64,000 bases of DNA from Auanema rhodensis (taxonomy: Eukaryota > Animalia > Nematoda). Below the pieces are notes generated by a model, which worked only from the letters and a program-made list of their open reading frames with translations, did no database searches and was not told the DNA's origin. The position numbers and the translations under genes are program-made. This document shows, piece after piece, positions 63,301 through 64,000 of the stretch. How positions within the stretch are numbered: the first letter of the stretch is position 1; the number at the start of each line of letters is the position of its first letter. The stretch is from positions 4,526,001-4,590,000 of the forward strand of contig OZ059899.1 of assembly GCA_964057225.1 (NCBI GenBank), read 5' to 3'.

Positions 63301-64000
63301 CACCCTGAAGAATCAATTTTTTCATTGAATAACATTGTCCATCGTCTTTGCCTTGAAAAAAGAAATCTAAAAACATCTACTTTTTGCTAAATTATTTTGA
63401 AATTTTTTGAAAAAATTTTTGTCAAAATGTTTTTGGAAGCAATGTTGAGTGTACATGGAAACTCAACATACACTAATGCATCATTTTTCAAACGATCATA
63501 ACTAATTTTTGTATTAAGCGTTTCTCAATGTAGTATAGTGCATTCGATGCGGATTTTTAAGCTGCGTCGATCTGTGTTATCAGATTTGCGCTAGCTTAAA
63601 AATGCACCGAGATATCAACTGATATAAGTTCACACTTATATCTTCGATTTTCACCCTGAAGAATTAATTTTTTCGTTGAATAACATTGTCCATCGTCTTC
63701 GCCTTGAAAAAAGGAATCTAGAAGCATCTACTTTTTGCTAAATTATTTTGAAATTTTTCGAAAAAATTTTTGTCAAAATGTTTTTGGAAGCAATGTTGAG
63801 TGTACATGGAAACTCAACATACACTAATGCATCATTTTTCAAACGATCATAACTGATTTTTGTATCAAGCGTTTCTCAATGTAGTATAGTGCATTCGATG
63901 CGGATTTTTAAGCTGCGTCGATCTGTGTTATCAGATTTGCGCTAGCTTAAAAATGCACCGAGATATCAACTGATATAAGTTCACACTTATATCCTCGATT
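54390..64000. repeat. 351-bp tandem satellite array, right arm (~27 monomers, open at window end)
   Basis: Same monomer and orientation. Unit starts at 54441 and 61461; 54441 equals the expected 37558 plus 16877 (element) plus 6 (TSD). One 1-nt insertion in an A-run near 62658. Confidence 0.99.

Overview
Eukaryotic satellite DNA carrying one apparently complete virus-like transposon. A near-homogeneous 351-bp tandem satellite fills 1-37512 (about 107 copies) and 54390-64000 (about 27 copies). It is interrupted at a single site by a 16,877-bp Maverick/Polinton (37513-54389), which has 5'-AGTAGAGAGCC...GGCTCTCTACT-3' termini, long imperfect TIRs and a perfect 6-bp TSD (AGCGTT). Satellite phase resumes exactly after element plus TSD. 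The element encodes a protein-primed DNA polymerase B, double-jelly-roll major capsid, minor capsid, adenain-like protease, packaging ATPase, a DDE integrase with a C-terminal chromodomain, a basic core/pVI-like protein and several accessory ORFs. The pPolB looks fragmented in the ORF track, but I could reassemble it by hand as one open 14-exon gene of about 1370 aa. It has 13 spliceosomal introns (one GC-AG, one splitting the catalytic DTD codon), plus an OTU-like protease domain and a Vsr-like insert. The virion and integrase genes are intronless. A 56-aa predicted membrane ORF below the track cutoff and a spliced Cys-rich gene at the right end are unexplained. The very short (39-48 nt) introns suggest a nematode-like host, which is inference only. 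No database searches were run; family calls rest on motif recognition.
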